Positions 25,101 through 37,184 of a stretch of DNA of 64,000 bases are shown piece by piece. How positions within the stretch are numbered: the first letter of the stretch is position 1; every line of letters begins with the position of its first letter. Below the pieces are notes generated by a model. The model ran no database searches. It worked only from the letters and a program-made list of their open reading frames with translations, and had not been told where the DNA came from. The stretch covers positions 46,502,001 through 46,566,000 of the forward strand of contig OZ076413.1 of assembly GCA_964187785.1 (NCBI GenBank), given 5' to 3'. The DNA comes from Amphiscolops sp. MND2022. Its lineage: Eukaryota. Made by a program: the position numbers and the translations under genes.

Positions 25101-25879
25101 TGTAACGGCACCCTCTGGTACAGCAAAACTTACCAATTTTGGAACTTTGAAATGTTCAGAAATTTTGTCAAAAATTCTAATTCGATCTGTGACGTGGCAC
25201 TGAGCATGTGATGCTCTTTTCGCTGTTTCCACGAAATTGGCATGTACTTCGACAACAAAGACCAAGAACGAGCAAAAACAAGGGCGCGCCGCCATGACAC
25301 AGGCCAGAAACAGAAAAAACTTTTGAAAATAGACTCTTTTTGAGGTGCTAACCCCGGTTTTCAACGATTTTAGCATTATGCTACCATATGTAGCAGAAAC
25401 CGGTAAATTGAGTCTTTTTGCTTAATTGTCCTTGTTTGGTGCTTAGAGCCCCTGCGCCCCAGCTTGTAGCTGCGTGGTTTGCCAGTCCAATGTGTGCTTT
25501 GATGTATTTTTGCTGGATTTGGCCGTTTGAACTAGCTCGAGCGCTCGTTTGTGCTATTTTTGATCTTATTCCCCAATTTAGATTTTATTCCGATATCAGC
25601 CCGAAGATGGAAACTTACACTGTTTGTCCTTGGAATTGTTTTAAAGGCTGTCTAAACAGTGGTCCGAGGCGAAGGTCCGAGACGGATGCCCGTTATTCTC
25701 AGCAGTTACAGACTGGGACCAGGCCAGAGAGCGTCCGACAAACGGTTCTTTCAACTTGGGACTCGCACACTTGGAGGGAAAACAAGCTAGGACCGTGGAG
25801 ATCTAAGTCTCGGGTCACATTCACTGTTCTAGTTCCTCCACTTCTATTTTTCGCTTAAGCGCCAGCACTTGTCGTTACA
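25101..25879 (+). repeat. 5' LTR of element 2
   Basis: TGTAACGG...TCGTTACA, colinear with 32728-33491. Confidence 0.95.
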
Positions 25880-25894
25880 GAGAAACTCATTTTT

Positions 25895-25911
25895 TGGCGA
25901 CCACAGAGGGA
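25895..25911 (+). promoter_or_regulatory. PBS, tRNA-Arg-like
   Basis: TGGCGACCACAGAGGGA resembles the complement of a eukaryotic tRNA-Arg 3' end (TGGCGACCACGAAGGGA). Confidence 0.75.
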
Positions 25912-28900
25912 TCGTCTTGGAAGGCTTTCCCGAGCGGCTTTTAAAAGATCTGGCCCCCTGGTGTTTGACCCCAAGAACGATTGGACTCTGGAAGAAGACG
26001 TTTACCCAGAGTTTTTCCAGTTTCCTTAGATGGTATGATGTTATATTTTGGTATTTTTCCATTCTTTCAGGGGATTTTTTCGAAAGCCTGTGGTATGTTT
26101 TGTTAGAAGGTACTTAGTGACAGATATCGTCTAAAATTGCAAAGTTCCCATCAGCGGGTCCTCTTTTAGAAGCGTAGGGGACAGTAGCACGTCGCTACTG
26201 GTTTTTAACAGGTTTTTCTAGCTGTTTTCTGTGATTTGCGCTAATGTACGAGAGGTGAAACTGATGGATGAACCACTTTCCATCCGACCGATAGATGAGC
26301 CGAAACGAGTGTTCCGGACTCTCCCATCTCATTTCTCCTACAGAAATTGTAGCAGGAAGGAAGTTCGTGGAAAAGTAGAGCAAGCACCGATGTTGCCGAC
26401 AGTCAAAACTGTTCGTCGCTAGCTGGTCTGGATGTTGAGAAAAAAGGCCGCGAAGGTACCACACTTCAATCCAGAAGTATCGACATTTTGGTGTGCGGTA
26501 TGAAAAAAAATTTCGATTGCGTTTTTTAAGAGGAATTAATTGGTCAAGCTAGTTGTTCCTTATTGCAATACAGTGTGTGCTTTTGCAGCTGTTTTCAGTG
26601 AGGAAAGTCCGATTTTAGGTGCAAAAATAGCAAAAACGTCATTTTTGGCATTTTTGAGTGTTTTTCGTGGTACGAGCTCGAACGCTCGAATTAGCCACAG
26701 AAGTTGCAAACAAATTGGGAAGCAGTTCAAGATCTATAGAGTTCTGTTACATAATGTAACAGTTACCAGAAAGACCGTTGGAGTCTTTTTTGATACACAT
26801 TTTGTATGAAAAAACCCGTTTTTTCTCGAAATTGGCACAAAACCACTATGAAATGCTACTGGGAGAGTGCTGGATTGTATTGTAATTACCTCTTCCGTGC
26901 TGCTGTTAGTTTGAGGCACTTTCCACATTACGAAAAAAGGTTTCAAGAGAGTTTGTAACGTTTTCTCAGTGAGAACAGGTCGGAAAACCTTGATTTTTGG
27001 CCAGTTTCAAGAGTGCCAGAGTACATCATTAAAACCTCTGGGGCACTCAGTGTTTTCGTGACCTTTGAATCTGCGCGTTCTCATTCTCTGTTTTTATAGT
27101 GAAATTATCGTGTGGTGTTGAAAACCCATTGAAAAACTCCCATACAGTGCTGAGAAAAGTGGAAAAACGCACTGAATTTCATCAATTTTCCACAAAACCG
27201 GACTGTCTCTGAGTTAGGGTCGGGTCAGTGATTCCTTAACGCTAGACAAAAAGTGGTTGCATTTTCATAACCACCAACAAAAATAACAAAAATAACGCTA
27301 GTGCCGAAAATTTGGTGAGCGTATCGGTCACCAAAGTTGAGAAAGACTCTCTGACGTTTAGAACTCAGAAACCGAAAAAAGAGCCGAACAAATCTAAAAC
27401 TGCAGGACTGTCGGTGCCTTAAACCTAACGGGCACTGCCAATTGAAGGTTTATCCTAGTGCTACAGATAATGGGGCAACACGTTGGTCCCATTTTGCCTG
27501 CCGTATCACTTTCTGAGGTGATCCTCTTGGTCAATTTGTGAAAAAAAAAAATTGTCAAAAACGGTGTTTTTTTGAGTGCAACGTCCATAGTGGGTCGAAA
27601 CCTCAAGTAAGCCTGCCCGCTTCAATTCAAATTTTTCCATGGCTTTGTCGACACTCACTGGCATACGCAACCAAGTTTGGTGACAATCTGTGCGGTACTT
27701 GTTGAGAATATAGCAAAAACGTGACACATAAAAAGGTGTGCAAAAAGCCTGTTTTTTCTTACTTTTCCGAGTAAACCCGGGGCTATATTGCAGCCCACCA
27801 TCGTACCTTGTGCTAGTGTTTACAGTGTTGCAGAGAATTTGAGCTTGCTAGCTCTTTCCAGTTGATCGCGATCTTGAAATAGGCGTGAAAAACATTGTAT
27901 TTGGGTACATGGTGGTACCGCACGTCTGTACCTAGGTGAAATTGTATACAAGGGGCAGAGCTCAAATCTGTGTTCATTTTCGTAAACCTACGTGTACGTA
28001 AGACCTTTTAGTCATATTTGGGCTCGATCCGACGCTTCTAGTGCAAACACGAGCCACTTGAGTGTTGAAACGCAGTTTCTGTAAAAAAGTAAAAAGTCTT
28101 GTAAAAGTGTCCTGTTAGTGACTGGAAGTTAAACATCCCAAACCAGGTTGACTTTCTGGCCCTGTGTGCTTGTGAGAAAGTGCTGTGTTAGTACGAACAG
28201 TCTACGAGCCTTGAAACGTGTTTCTGAAAGTCTGGGACACTAAAAAGTGTCAATTTGCTCAAGTGCTCACCGAGACGAGCAGAGAGCTAGATCTTTGAGG
28301 AGACCCCCTGTTTTCCTAGAATCTTCTTTCTGGCACTTCTAGCATCATTGTGGGATCTCACTGACAGCACCTGCCGTTTTTACAGGCGATTGGTACAGTA
28401 TTTGTTAACAAATTGACGAAGAACAAACTGCCCAAAAAAGTGCACAGAAAGGCGATTTTTTCGAAGTCTTGTGGGATTGCCTAAACACCTTATTGAAAGA
28501 GTGGGGCCACATTGCTGCCCATTATCGTAACCAGTGCAGTTTATTGTACTGTTGCCGAAACAAAGAGCTTCAGAGCTCTTCGCGGTGAACCAAGATCTGG
28601 GTTGACATGTGAAAAACAGTGAATATTTGGACGCAGTGATACCTAACGTCTGTACTGTGTTGAAATTTCACCTGTTAACCTCAGCCCAAATCAGCTATTC
28701 TTCCCTTGTACCTCATCTTACGTGGACTTGTGTGGTTGATTTTGAAGCCGATCCTACGTTTCTAGCGTTAGCGCTAGCCACTTGAGTTTTTTCAAGTGAA
28801 TCTGAAAAACCCAAAGAAATACGAAAAAAAACCTCTGACCTGTGACTGGATCCTAGTACCACAATTTCGGACTCACTTTTCGGGTCATTGCATTGATATT

Positions 28901-30176
28901 AAAGTGTTGTATACTTTTTAGCTCGATACGGCCCTCAGAACTAATTTCGACATTTCTGGGAAGTCCAGATTCATTGTTTCAGTTTAAGGTTTCACCGAGA
29001 CGAAAAATAGGAAAGCGGGTAAAAAGCCAGTTCTACGTGTTGGAAACCAGTGGAACCCCATTGTTTGAACTCCTAGTAGTTAGCTCAATGCTGTACGTGT
29101 GAATTTTTGTCAATATCGAGTGGGCTGCCTTGCTGGATCATAGCCTTTTGTTACTTGAAGTTGTGATATCCTGTGTATTATAACGAATTGGACCATTTTT
29201 TTGTGGAACTGTCACCGCACCTTACTGGAAAATTGAGATCACTTTGCTGTGGACTACACTTATTAGTGTCATTTGGTGTACAGTTATACGTGTGACCAAT
29301 TTTGAGCCGGATACCACGTTGCCAGCACTTGTACAAGCCACTTTAGTAATTTTCGTAAAAATTTCAAAAATCCAAAAATCGGTGGAAAAGGATCTAGCTC
29401 GAAGCTGGAGGCAATTATCAGCTGCCGGAGGTTAGTTTTCAAACTCGTGCGGCTGACAAAATTTGCTGTGTACTTTTCTAACTAATACGACTGATAGAAC
29501 TGAAATTGACTCTGTTCAGACTCACGTTTTGCTAGAAATCCCGAAAAACATCAGAAACACTCTTATTGTAAATCCTCAATACTTCCGCTGCACAGGGGGC
29601 AGACCCAAAAAGCTTTCATGTTCCAATGGAAGCGACCCAGTAGACCTTCCTGGGGGCAAACGAGGCAAATCCCATGGTTCAAAAAAATTGCCGGTAAGGG
29701 TCATAAATTTTGGACTCCTCTGAGACTTTGAAATTTGATCCTAAAGAAGCTCAATTCAACAGTTTCAAGTGCCTACGGCGCACTCTGGACTACATTATTT
29801 CCAAAAAAAACCTTTAGGTGTTACGCTGTGAGGCTGAACAGGTTTTCGATTTCCAAAAGAGACCCTGAGCGTTCCGACTTAGCCAAAATCACCAGATTTG
29901 GAGAGGAGCAACCTCCTGGTGACAAAATTTTGACCGGATTGCCCAAGTGTGAAAACTCTCTGAACAATCTGGTGCCTCTATTTGGTGTTATTCCGTAGTA
30001 TCGAGTAGCACAAGCACCGAATATCACGTCAAAGTTGCAGAGAACTCTTTTGGGTAATCACAACATACCCAAATCCATTGAGGTTGAGAGGTCAAGAAAC
30101 CGCCCGACTGTTTGTTTGGTGCGCACTATCCAACTTGGCTGCAACAAGTTGCTCGAGATCATTATTTTTCAACCCA

Positions 30177-31617
30177 ATGAGCAGCCTGCAAAGCGGTGAA
30201 CAGTTTCAGGATGCTGTGATTGCTAGAACCTCTATTGACTATGACTCACACACAGGTGTTCTACACAGGTGGTTCTAGTGAAGCAGTTCGGAATCTCGAA
30301 AGCTGAAATGAAACGTTGGAAGGTCTTCCACCGCCTCCGTTCCTTTTTTAAAGGGGAAGAGGGTGTCAATGCAGCACAACCAATTGATGTTCAGGATGTT
30401 CAACTTCGAAATGAATCCCAAATGGTAGATGAACATGACCGATCGACGAAGTTAGAGGATTTGAACGTGGACGATTGGCCTTTGGAGGATAGTTTCAATT
30501 TTGTCTCCGAGTTTCTAGACTCAATTCCATCTAACGCTCAGGATACCGAGCTGGAGAGGAGCATAATTACTTCCACTCCTAGTTCAGTATCGTCGGCGAG
30601 AAGATTTTCTCTCCATATAACCGGTATTCAGATTTATCAGAAACAGGACCAACAATTAGAGACCTTGAGAATCAGATGGATGAAAAATCAATCTTGTTGT
30701 CACAAAGCGGACTTCGCAGGGAGAAACTGCTAGCTCGAGCGCTAGCACAAATTCAATCAGTAAATGCCGATGTGTAGGTGCACCTCATAAATGCCGATAT
30801 CAATCTTCCAAACGACTCCGAAGCAGAACCAATGACACCGACAACAAAAGTCATGGGGGTGGACCCAATATCTTTGGACACTACAACCATGGGTATTGCT
30901 GACACGTTGCCCGAATATCACGCCGGTGACAATGGGTTCATCGAGCACAGCCTCTACTCAAGTGATACGGAAAACGATCGAATATCAATCTCACCCTCCA
31001 TTTCGTTATCGCAGGATTCTGTAAGCAACTCTCACTTCCCTGGAACAAAGTTCCTGGTATCAATTTCGCAGTTGCTACCGAATTTGTTGAAATATTCCAT
31101 TAAGCCACGTTTTACTAAACGTGGGATACAGGATCTTATTCACGTGGACCCGCCAATCTTTATCGAATGGTTGCCTGGTGGTTCAGCTAAAACTGGCCCA
31201 ACTGGTCATAAACGTGGTCGACCGCCGCGCACAGACTGTGAACACTCATGGCAAATAGTTTTGTTTTCCCTTTATGATGGACGTCGCCGTGGTCGTCCAC
31301 CACGCCCAGTTCTTCTAGTACCATGGTCGCATCGACTGAAGGGACGTACGCGTGGCCGTCCTCCGAACAACTATCCCAATCTTGAGACAGATCCCGTCTC
31401 TACAGTGTTTTTTATCGGATTTCCTGATGATCCATGCTTGTTGTATGTCCTGCTGCTATCGGATGATGATGTTTATCCACATACCAAACCACACTCTACT
31501 TCTTTTCGAGGGGGAGGAGGTGTCGTCAACGCTCCATTTGTCTTTCTGCAGTTTTGTTGTGGGCATTCAATTTTGTCCATTCCACACTATCCTCATGTGA
31601 AAAAGGGTGCCAAATGA
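30177..31617 (+). pseudogene. Frameshifted unknown ORF with three AT-hook-like motifs
   Basis: Consecutive frames from MSSLQSGEQ (~30177), 30269-30733 and 30778-31617; KRGRPPR, RRGRPPR, TRGRPP. Confidence 0.5.
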
Positions 31618-32715
31618 TTAAGGCCCGGAGAGCCTCTGTGGAGGATAATAACTCTTCCTTCAACCTCAATGTAAATGGATGACGCCCTGGGTACTTCACT
31701 ACGTTTGGTAATGGACACTCGGCAGTGTGACGCCCCTTCAAGCAGCTACATCTTAATCTTGAATCCAAATCTTTAGTTTGAGTCATGTAAACGTCGTCAA
31801 AGTTTTGTTTCTGTGATTCTTCGAGCATTTTTAACAAAATACTTCGATAAGTGCAATAACTAACTCAAAACCTCTACATGTATCGCTTCGCCCGAAAGGT
31901 GCTAGTTTTGCTTTTGCGTATTTTTCTAAGGTTTCCAGTAGTTTCCTTCAGATGTCAGAGTGATATCCAGAAAAAATGCGGAGCTCGCGCGCTCCAGATA
32001 TCTGAATTGCAGGATTTGGTCTATCTTTGCCTGCTTTACTCCAGTGCTTACCCGTATGAGCAGTTCGTAGTTTGCTTTTGATGCGCTCCTTAACAGATGC
32101 TACTGAACTATACAGGTATGGAGCTGCACATCAGTGGGCATGTTGCCCAAACCAAGCCGAACTGTGAAAAAAAGTATCGAAAAAACAGCTTGTCTTCCTT
32201 TTAATAAGTGGTTTTTCCACATAAAAGAAGTTTTAGCCAAACGAGTTTTCAACTGTGCTCAACCTGAATTTTTACTGCCGTGGAAAAGATGTTGTTGATG
32301 AGAACCGCGTGCGTTGTGGAGCGTGAGAGCTCCTTAAAAGAAATCTCAGACTTCCGAAAACTAAAGTGCTAGCAAGATCTTTTTCAAATTTGTTGCTGAA
32401 ACTCGTGCTAACAAGTTGGTGCTTTTTTGATTGATGTGTGGAATCTTGGATTTGATCACTTTCAAGGTGCATGTTTGACTACTGGTTTTCTAGCTCGCAC
32501 GCTACCTCTGTTTCAACAGTTTGTGGACGATGCAGGTTCTCTGGATGGCAAGAAGCAAGACCTAACGGTTGCCCAATCAGCGAGAGATGACAGAGCCACT
32601 GGACCCTTGCAACATCACCAGTTTGAGATCCCAGTGGATTGCTAAGCAGATGTGGAGATGTTTTCAATGCCAGCTTCTCCGCATTCTCCGCATGACAGGG
32701 ACGTCATGCCTAACG

Positions 32716-32727
32716 CCCGGGGAGTGA
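32716..32727 (+). promoter_or_regulatory. PPT-like tract of element 2
   Basis: CCCGGGGAGTGA directly before the 3' LTR TG. Confidence 0.6.
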
Positions 32728-33491
32728 TGTAACCGGACCCTCTGGTACAGCAAAATCAACCAACTTTGGAACTTTGACATGTTCTGAAAATTTGTCAAAA
32801 TTTCTAATTCGATCAGTGACGTTGCACTGATCATGTGATGCTCTTTTCGCTGTTTCCACGAAATTGGCATGTACTTCGACAACAAAGACCAAGAACGAGC
32901 AAAAACAAGGGCGCGCCGCCATGACACAGGCCAGAAACAGAAAAAACTTCTGAAAATAGACTCTTTTTGAGGTACTAACCCCGGGTTTCATCGATTTTAG
33001 CATTATGCTACCCTATGTAGCAGAAACCGGTAAAATGAGGTTTTTTGCTTAATTGTCCTTGTTTGGTGCTAGGAGCCCCTGTGTGTTTTGCCAGTCCGAT
33101 GTGTGCTTTGATGCCTTTTTGCTGGATTTGGCCGTTTGAACTAGCTCGAGCGCTAGTTTGTGCAATTTTAGATCTTATTCCCCATTTTAGATATTTTTCC
33201 GATATCAGCCCGAAGATGGAAATTTACACTGTTTATCCTTGGAATTGTTTTTAAAGGCTGTCTAAACGGTGGTCCGAGGCGAAGGTCCGAGACGGATGCC
33301 CGTTATTCTCAGCAGTTACAGACTGGGACCAGGCCAGAGAGAGTCCGACAAGACGGGTTCCCCCACCTTGGGACTGGCATCCTTGGAGGGAAAATGAGCT
33401 AGGGCCGTGGAGATCTAAGTCCCGGTTCACATTCACTGTTCTATTTCCTCCACTTGTAAGTTTCAGTTAAGCGCCAGCGCTTGTCGTTACA
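32728..33491 (+). repeat. 3' LTR of element 2
   Basis: TGTAACCG...TCGTTACA followed by TSD ATTT. Confidence 0.95.
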
Positions 33492-33712
33492 ATTTGTCCA
33501 CAAAAAAAATAAGGTAATTATATGATTTGAATGTTTTTAGTCGATGCATTTTCCGGACTATTACAATGACTAGTTTGTTTCGTTAGATAACAGTGTATTC
33601 GTTGTGGACACTTTTTCCAGAAACTACTAAAACTACTAAGCTACCAGCGAATACGGAAATAACTTACTGCAAGCGGATCCCTTCTCATTTATTCTCTTTG
33701 TAACGTATCATA

Positions 33713-34289
33713 CAAAACCAGACAAGACTAAAAGGACCCCCCTTTCGTTTTTCGGCTTTGTGAGTTTTTTTCCTCAAAAATTTTCATTTTTCCATGTCTC
33801 CAAAGGGTTCCCCTTGAATTTGACTGCTATTTTGCAACAGAATGCATGTTAAAAAATCACGAATGTCTTCTCTTGTAGATTTTTTGGCACTATGAAACTG
33901 ATATTAGGATTTCGCAATATATATCCACCAATAATTTTTCTCAATAATAGTATTGAGAAAAATTGTTGGTGGATATATATTGAGAAAACCTAATATCAGT
34001 TTCATACTGCAAAAAAAACTAAAAGAGGAGACCTGCGTGATTTTTTAACATGCATTCTAATTTTGGAGGTTAATGTTCGATAATATTGCGTTAAATCAGA
34101 ATTTCTGACGTTACATCCAAACACGCTATATCTCAACTTCTGTGGCGTTTTCAGAGCACGAAAGGCACCCTTTGGGTGTTTCGATACTGTTTTCTGAGTT
34201 TTCCATAAAAACGTCCCAAGCATATCTTTGAAACTTTGCGCTTTTTGAGCCATAGAAATAGCCCCTAGGTCAAACGTTCCCGTCTTGTT
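33713..34289 (+). mobile_element. DINE-1/HINE-like element, partial, opposite orientation
   Basis: Ends TTTTTGAGCC...GTTCCCGTCTTGTT; shares GACTAAAAGG(A)CCCCC-type subrepeats with the other copies. Confidence 0.6.
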
Positions 34290-35256
34290 ACTCTGGTGAG
34301 TTCATTGTTTGACTTCATACATCTTTATATATGTGAGTTTTTACGATCTAATTTTCATATAGAGGTCATCCCGGGTGAGCATATGTGATATTCATTTAGG
34401 GCAGAAGTTATTTCGAAAGAAGCATTACAACTGACATTAACATAAATACAAATACAAAAGTCAAAATGCAACAAGCAACCATGGATTTCAGTGGAATTCC
34501 ACGATATCATCCGAATCTAAAGCAGTCCTTCTACACCAACCAGGACCTATTCTAGTCTACAACACAGAAATATCATTAACGGTAGAAGCATTTCAACATG
34601 GAAACCAATCAATATCATATCGACGCCAAAGCAAGAGCAGTAACGTTGATTACGACGATCGATCACAGACAAAAATTTGGTCTTCTCATAAGGAAATTTT
34701 CAAAAAGAGCCTATCCATTCGTCGGCCTTTTCGAAAAAAATATATCAAAGTATTCGGTGAAAGTTTTGTGGAATGAACAACTTTTGAAAATTGAAAACTT
34801 TCTATGTATTATGGAAGACGTTGTCAATGAGTTGTGAACCAACTTTGGCGGGTAGTGACTGAAAGTGAAAGAAGTCATTTTGCTCAAGTATAATTCAGAA
34901 GATGTTGCGAAATGTTTCAAACTTTGAAAGTATCATACCGTTCAAAAAGCAAGAAGCTTGTACTATAGAAAAAAGATGGATAAGATTGTATTGTTATAAC
35001 ATGTTAATGTAAAGTAATATACACAAGATAGCACTAAAAATGAATATACAAGATTAGTATACTTTATCTAGAGAATACAATGAAACCATGCTGTGACAAA
35101 ATCTAGGGATTATTATAGGTCATGATTAAACAAGACTACATCTAAGGAATATCATGATTGAATAAGAGCTTTAAAAAATTGTTGATTATATTATGGTTAG
35201 TTTAAAATAGTTTGAATCATTGAACATTGGAGAAGTTCATGGTGAGTGATCTGCAC

Positions 35257-35490
35257 GAAGATGACGAAACTGCTAGAAGGAGAAGTTGACGATGGGCGAA
35301 GACAGCGAAGCAGATGATGAAACTGCAAGAAAGAGAAGTGGAAGATGGGCGAGGTCAGCGGAGAATATGATGAAACTGCAAGAAGAAGTTGAAGATGGTC
35401 GAAGACAGCGGAGAAGATGATGAAATTGCAAGAAGGAGAAGTTGAGAATGGGCGGCGACAGCGACGAAGAGAATGAAACTTCTACAGCGA
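35257..35490. repeat. ~50-bp degenerate tandem repeat (4-5 copies)
   Basis: GATGATGAAACTGCAAGAAGGAGAAGTTGAAGATGGGCGAAGACAGC-like units. Confidence 0.85.
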
Positions 35491-36536
35491 AGCAGGTTGG
35501 AAGTTTTGAGAATAACTGGAAGAGTTTGGCTGTGTCGGGTGTTTAGTCGAGTCATAAGGAGCCAAAAGATTAAAACAAAATCTTGGAGGACTGCATTGAA
35601 AGCCTCTACGGCTTCTTGGACGGCGTGTAAAAAGTAGAAGTTGTTTTGATCGAAAGACGTATTAGTGAGAACAAAGACGTTGTTGGATTTTGTCTCACAA
35701 ATGGCAATTGTAGGTCCCGAAACATGTAGGCGATAATTTTGTTCAAAAGGAATCTTTTTTGATGAGAGTAAAAAGATGTTTTACATTTTTTTGAAAAAAG
35801 CCTGGCGGGTGGAAGGGGCAATCCTGCCATGGTTTAATTCGTTGCCAGTTTTGAGAGCAAGGGTTTCGAAGATTGCTGCTTTTAAAGAATGGGGATTGTA
35901 TAAAAAACAGTATTGTTTGTTTGTTTGGAGGTTGATTTCTTTGTTGTTTTAGAGGAATTCATTGCCGCTGAGGAGGAGGAAGAAAAGAGACAATTGACGG
36001 AAACGACTGAGGTGGCTGAGCCGAAAGGTCGAGGACTGCAGAAGGTCCTGGAGAGGAAATGACGGAGGGTGGTTGGGTGGACTATTGAGAGGGAGGGTGT
36101 CACGAAAAAGGAAGAAGGGGAGTGGGAAGAATAGAAGTTTCTGAAACAACGGAAATGTTCAAAAGTGAACCAAATTTGGGAATAGTTTTGTACATCATTT
36201 CGGTGCTATATCGTTTGACAGTGTTAGTGAAAATTTTGTTTGTTATTGAAGTCAGATTGAATCATAATTCAAAATATCTGAGAGTAAAAGAGACTTGAAA
36301 AACTGGCAAAATTAAAGGGACAATGGTCAACAAGTTTCACTAAAAAAACTTGTACCAAAGTCAAACTTCAATGTGCCAAGAATCAAAGAAGTGTAATACA
36401 AAGTTTGAGTTAGAAGTAGTTCAAAAGAAGTTAAGACGTTCTAAAAAGTTACAAAAGATTAAAATGTTTACCTGTATGGAGGAGTTTGAAGTGTGTGTAC
36501 CATAAGAAAAAGAACGTGAGATTTACCTGAGAAGCG

Positions 36537-37184
36537 TTATATAGCATTCGAAAAAACAAAGTCCAAATTTTCAAGTGTTGTCTGTATTGCTTTGGATGAT
36601 TGAGTAATTCGCTGTGAGTCAAGGTCTAACGATTGTAATAATTTGAGAGTATGATCATAGCAGTCGAGAAGGTGTGTGAGTGTTGCAAGTGGAGAATCCG
36701 AAGGATTCTTTTTGTACGGGTCGAGTTTATAAGTGAGATCACGAAGAATTCGTGATGTAAAGACATTGTTGAGTTTGTCAGTGGTGGTTGTTGGTTGCTT
36801 TGGAGTGTATTGTTCAGGAGTGGTGTATTGTGTTTCAGATTTGGCCTCGTCTGCCTTCACCATGATGGCAATGATTTTAGCAGAAGTGAACATTAGTTCG
36901 TTATATGAATAAGCTTGTTTCGATCGCGCTGTATAGTAGGACTTCTCTTTGTCAATAAGAGGAGCAGGAACAAGGTGTTTAATTACAGTCAAAGCTTTTG
37001 CAATGATAGTAGGAACGTTGCATGGCAAGAGGAAGTCATCAAAGTGTATCAGATATTCCTGAGGAACAACTATGGGTCTCGATGTATCATTGTATGGCAA
37101 GAGACAAAAGTATTGTTTGATAGAGTTGTAGTTTCGTAGATATCCCGTGATGCGAGAGTGATCAATGGTATACAGATGTGTCAT
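36537..37184 (-). CDS. Post-env accessory ORF, unknown function
   Basis: 215-aa open frame with globular-looking N-terminus (HLYTIDHSRITGYLRNYNSIKQYFCLLPYND), same strand as pol/env. Confidence 0.55.
   Translation of the reverse strand: MTHLYTIDHSRITGYLRNYNSIKQYFCLLPYNDTSRPIVVPQEYLIHFDDFLLPCNVPTIIAKALTVIKHLVPAPLIDKEKSYYTARSKQAYSYNELMFTSAKIIAIMVKADEAKSETQYTTPEQYTPKQPTTTTDKLNNVFTSRILRDLTYKLDPYKKNPSDSPLATLTHLLDCYDHTLKLLQSLDLDSQRITQSSKAIQTTLENLDFVFSNAI

Larger units (their letters stand above)
25101..33491 (+). mobile_element. Complete non-autonomous (LARD-like) LTR element (element 2)
   Basis: Two LTRs TGTAAC...GTTACA, 4-bp TSD ATTT (25097-25100 and 33492-33495), PBS and PPT; no gag/PR/RT/IN motifs in the 6.8-kb interior. 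Confidence 0.92.

Noticed and set aside
25074..25858. ORFs repeated in both LTRs of element 2
   Set aside because: Similarity simply reflects LTR identity; frames run out of the LTR or are broken in the second copy
34900..35250. 3' LTR of element 3
   Set aside because: No similarity to 54708-55247 seen
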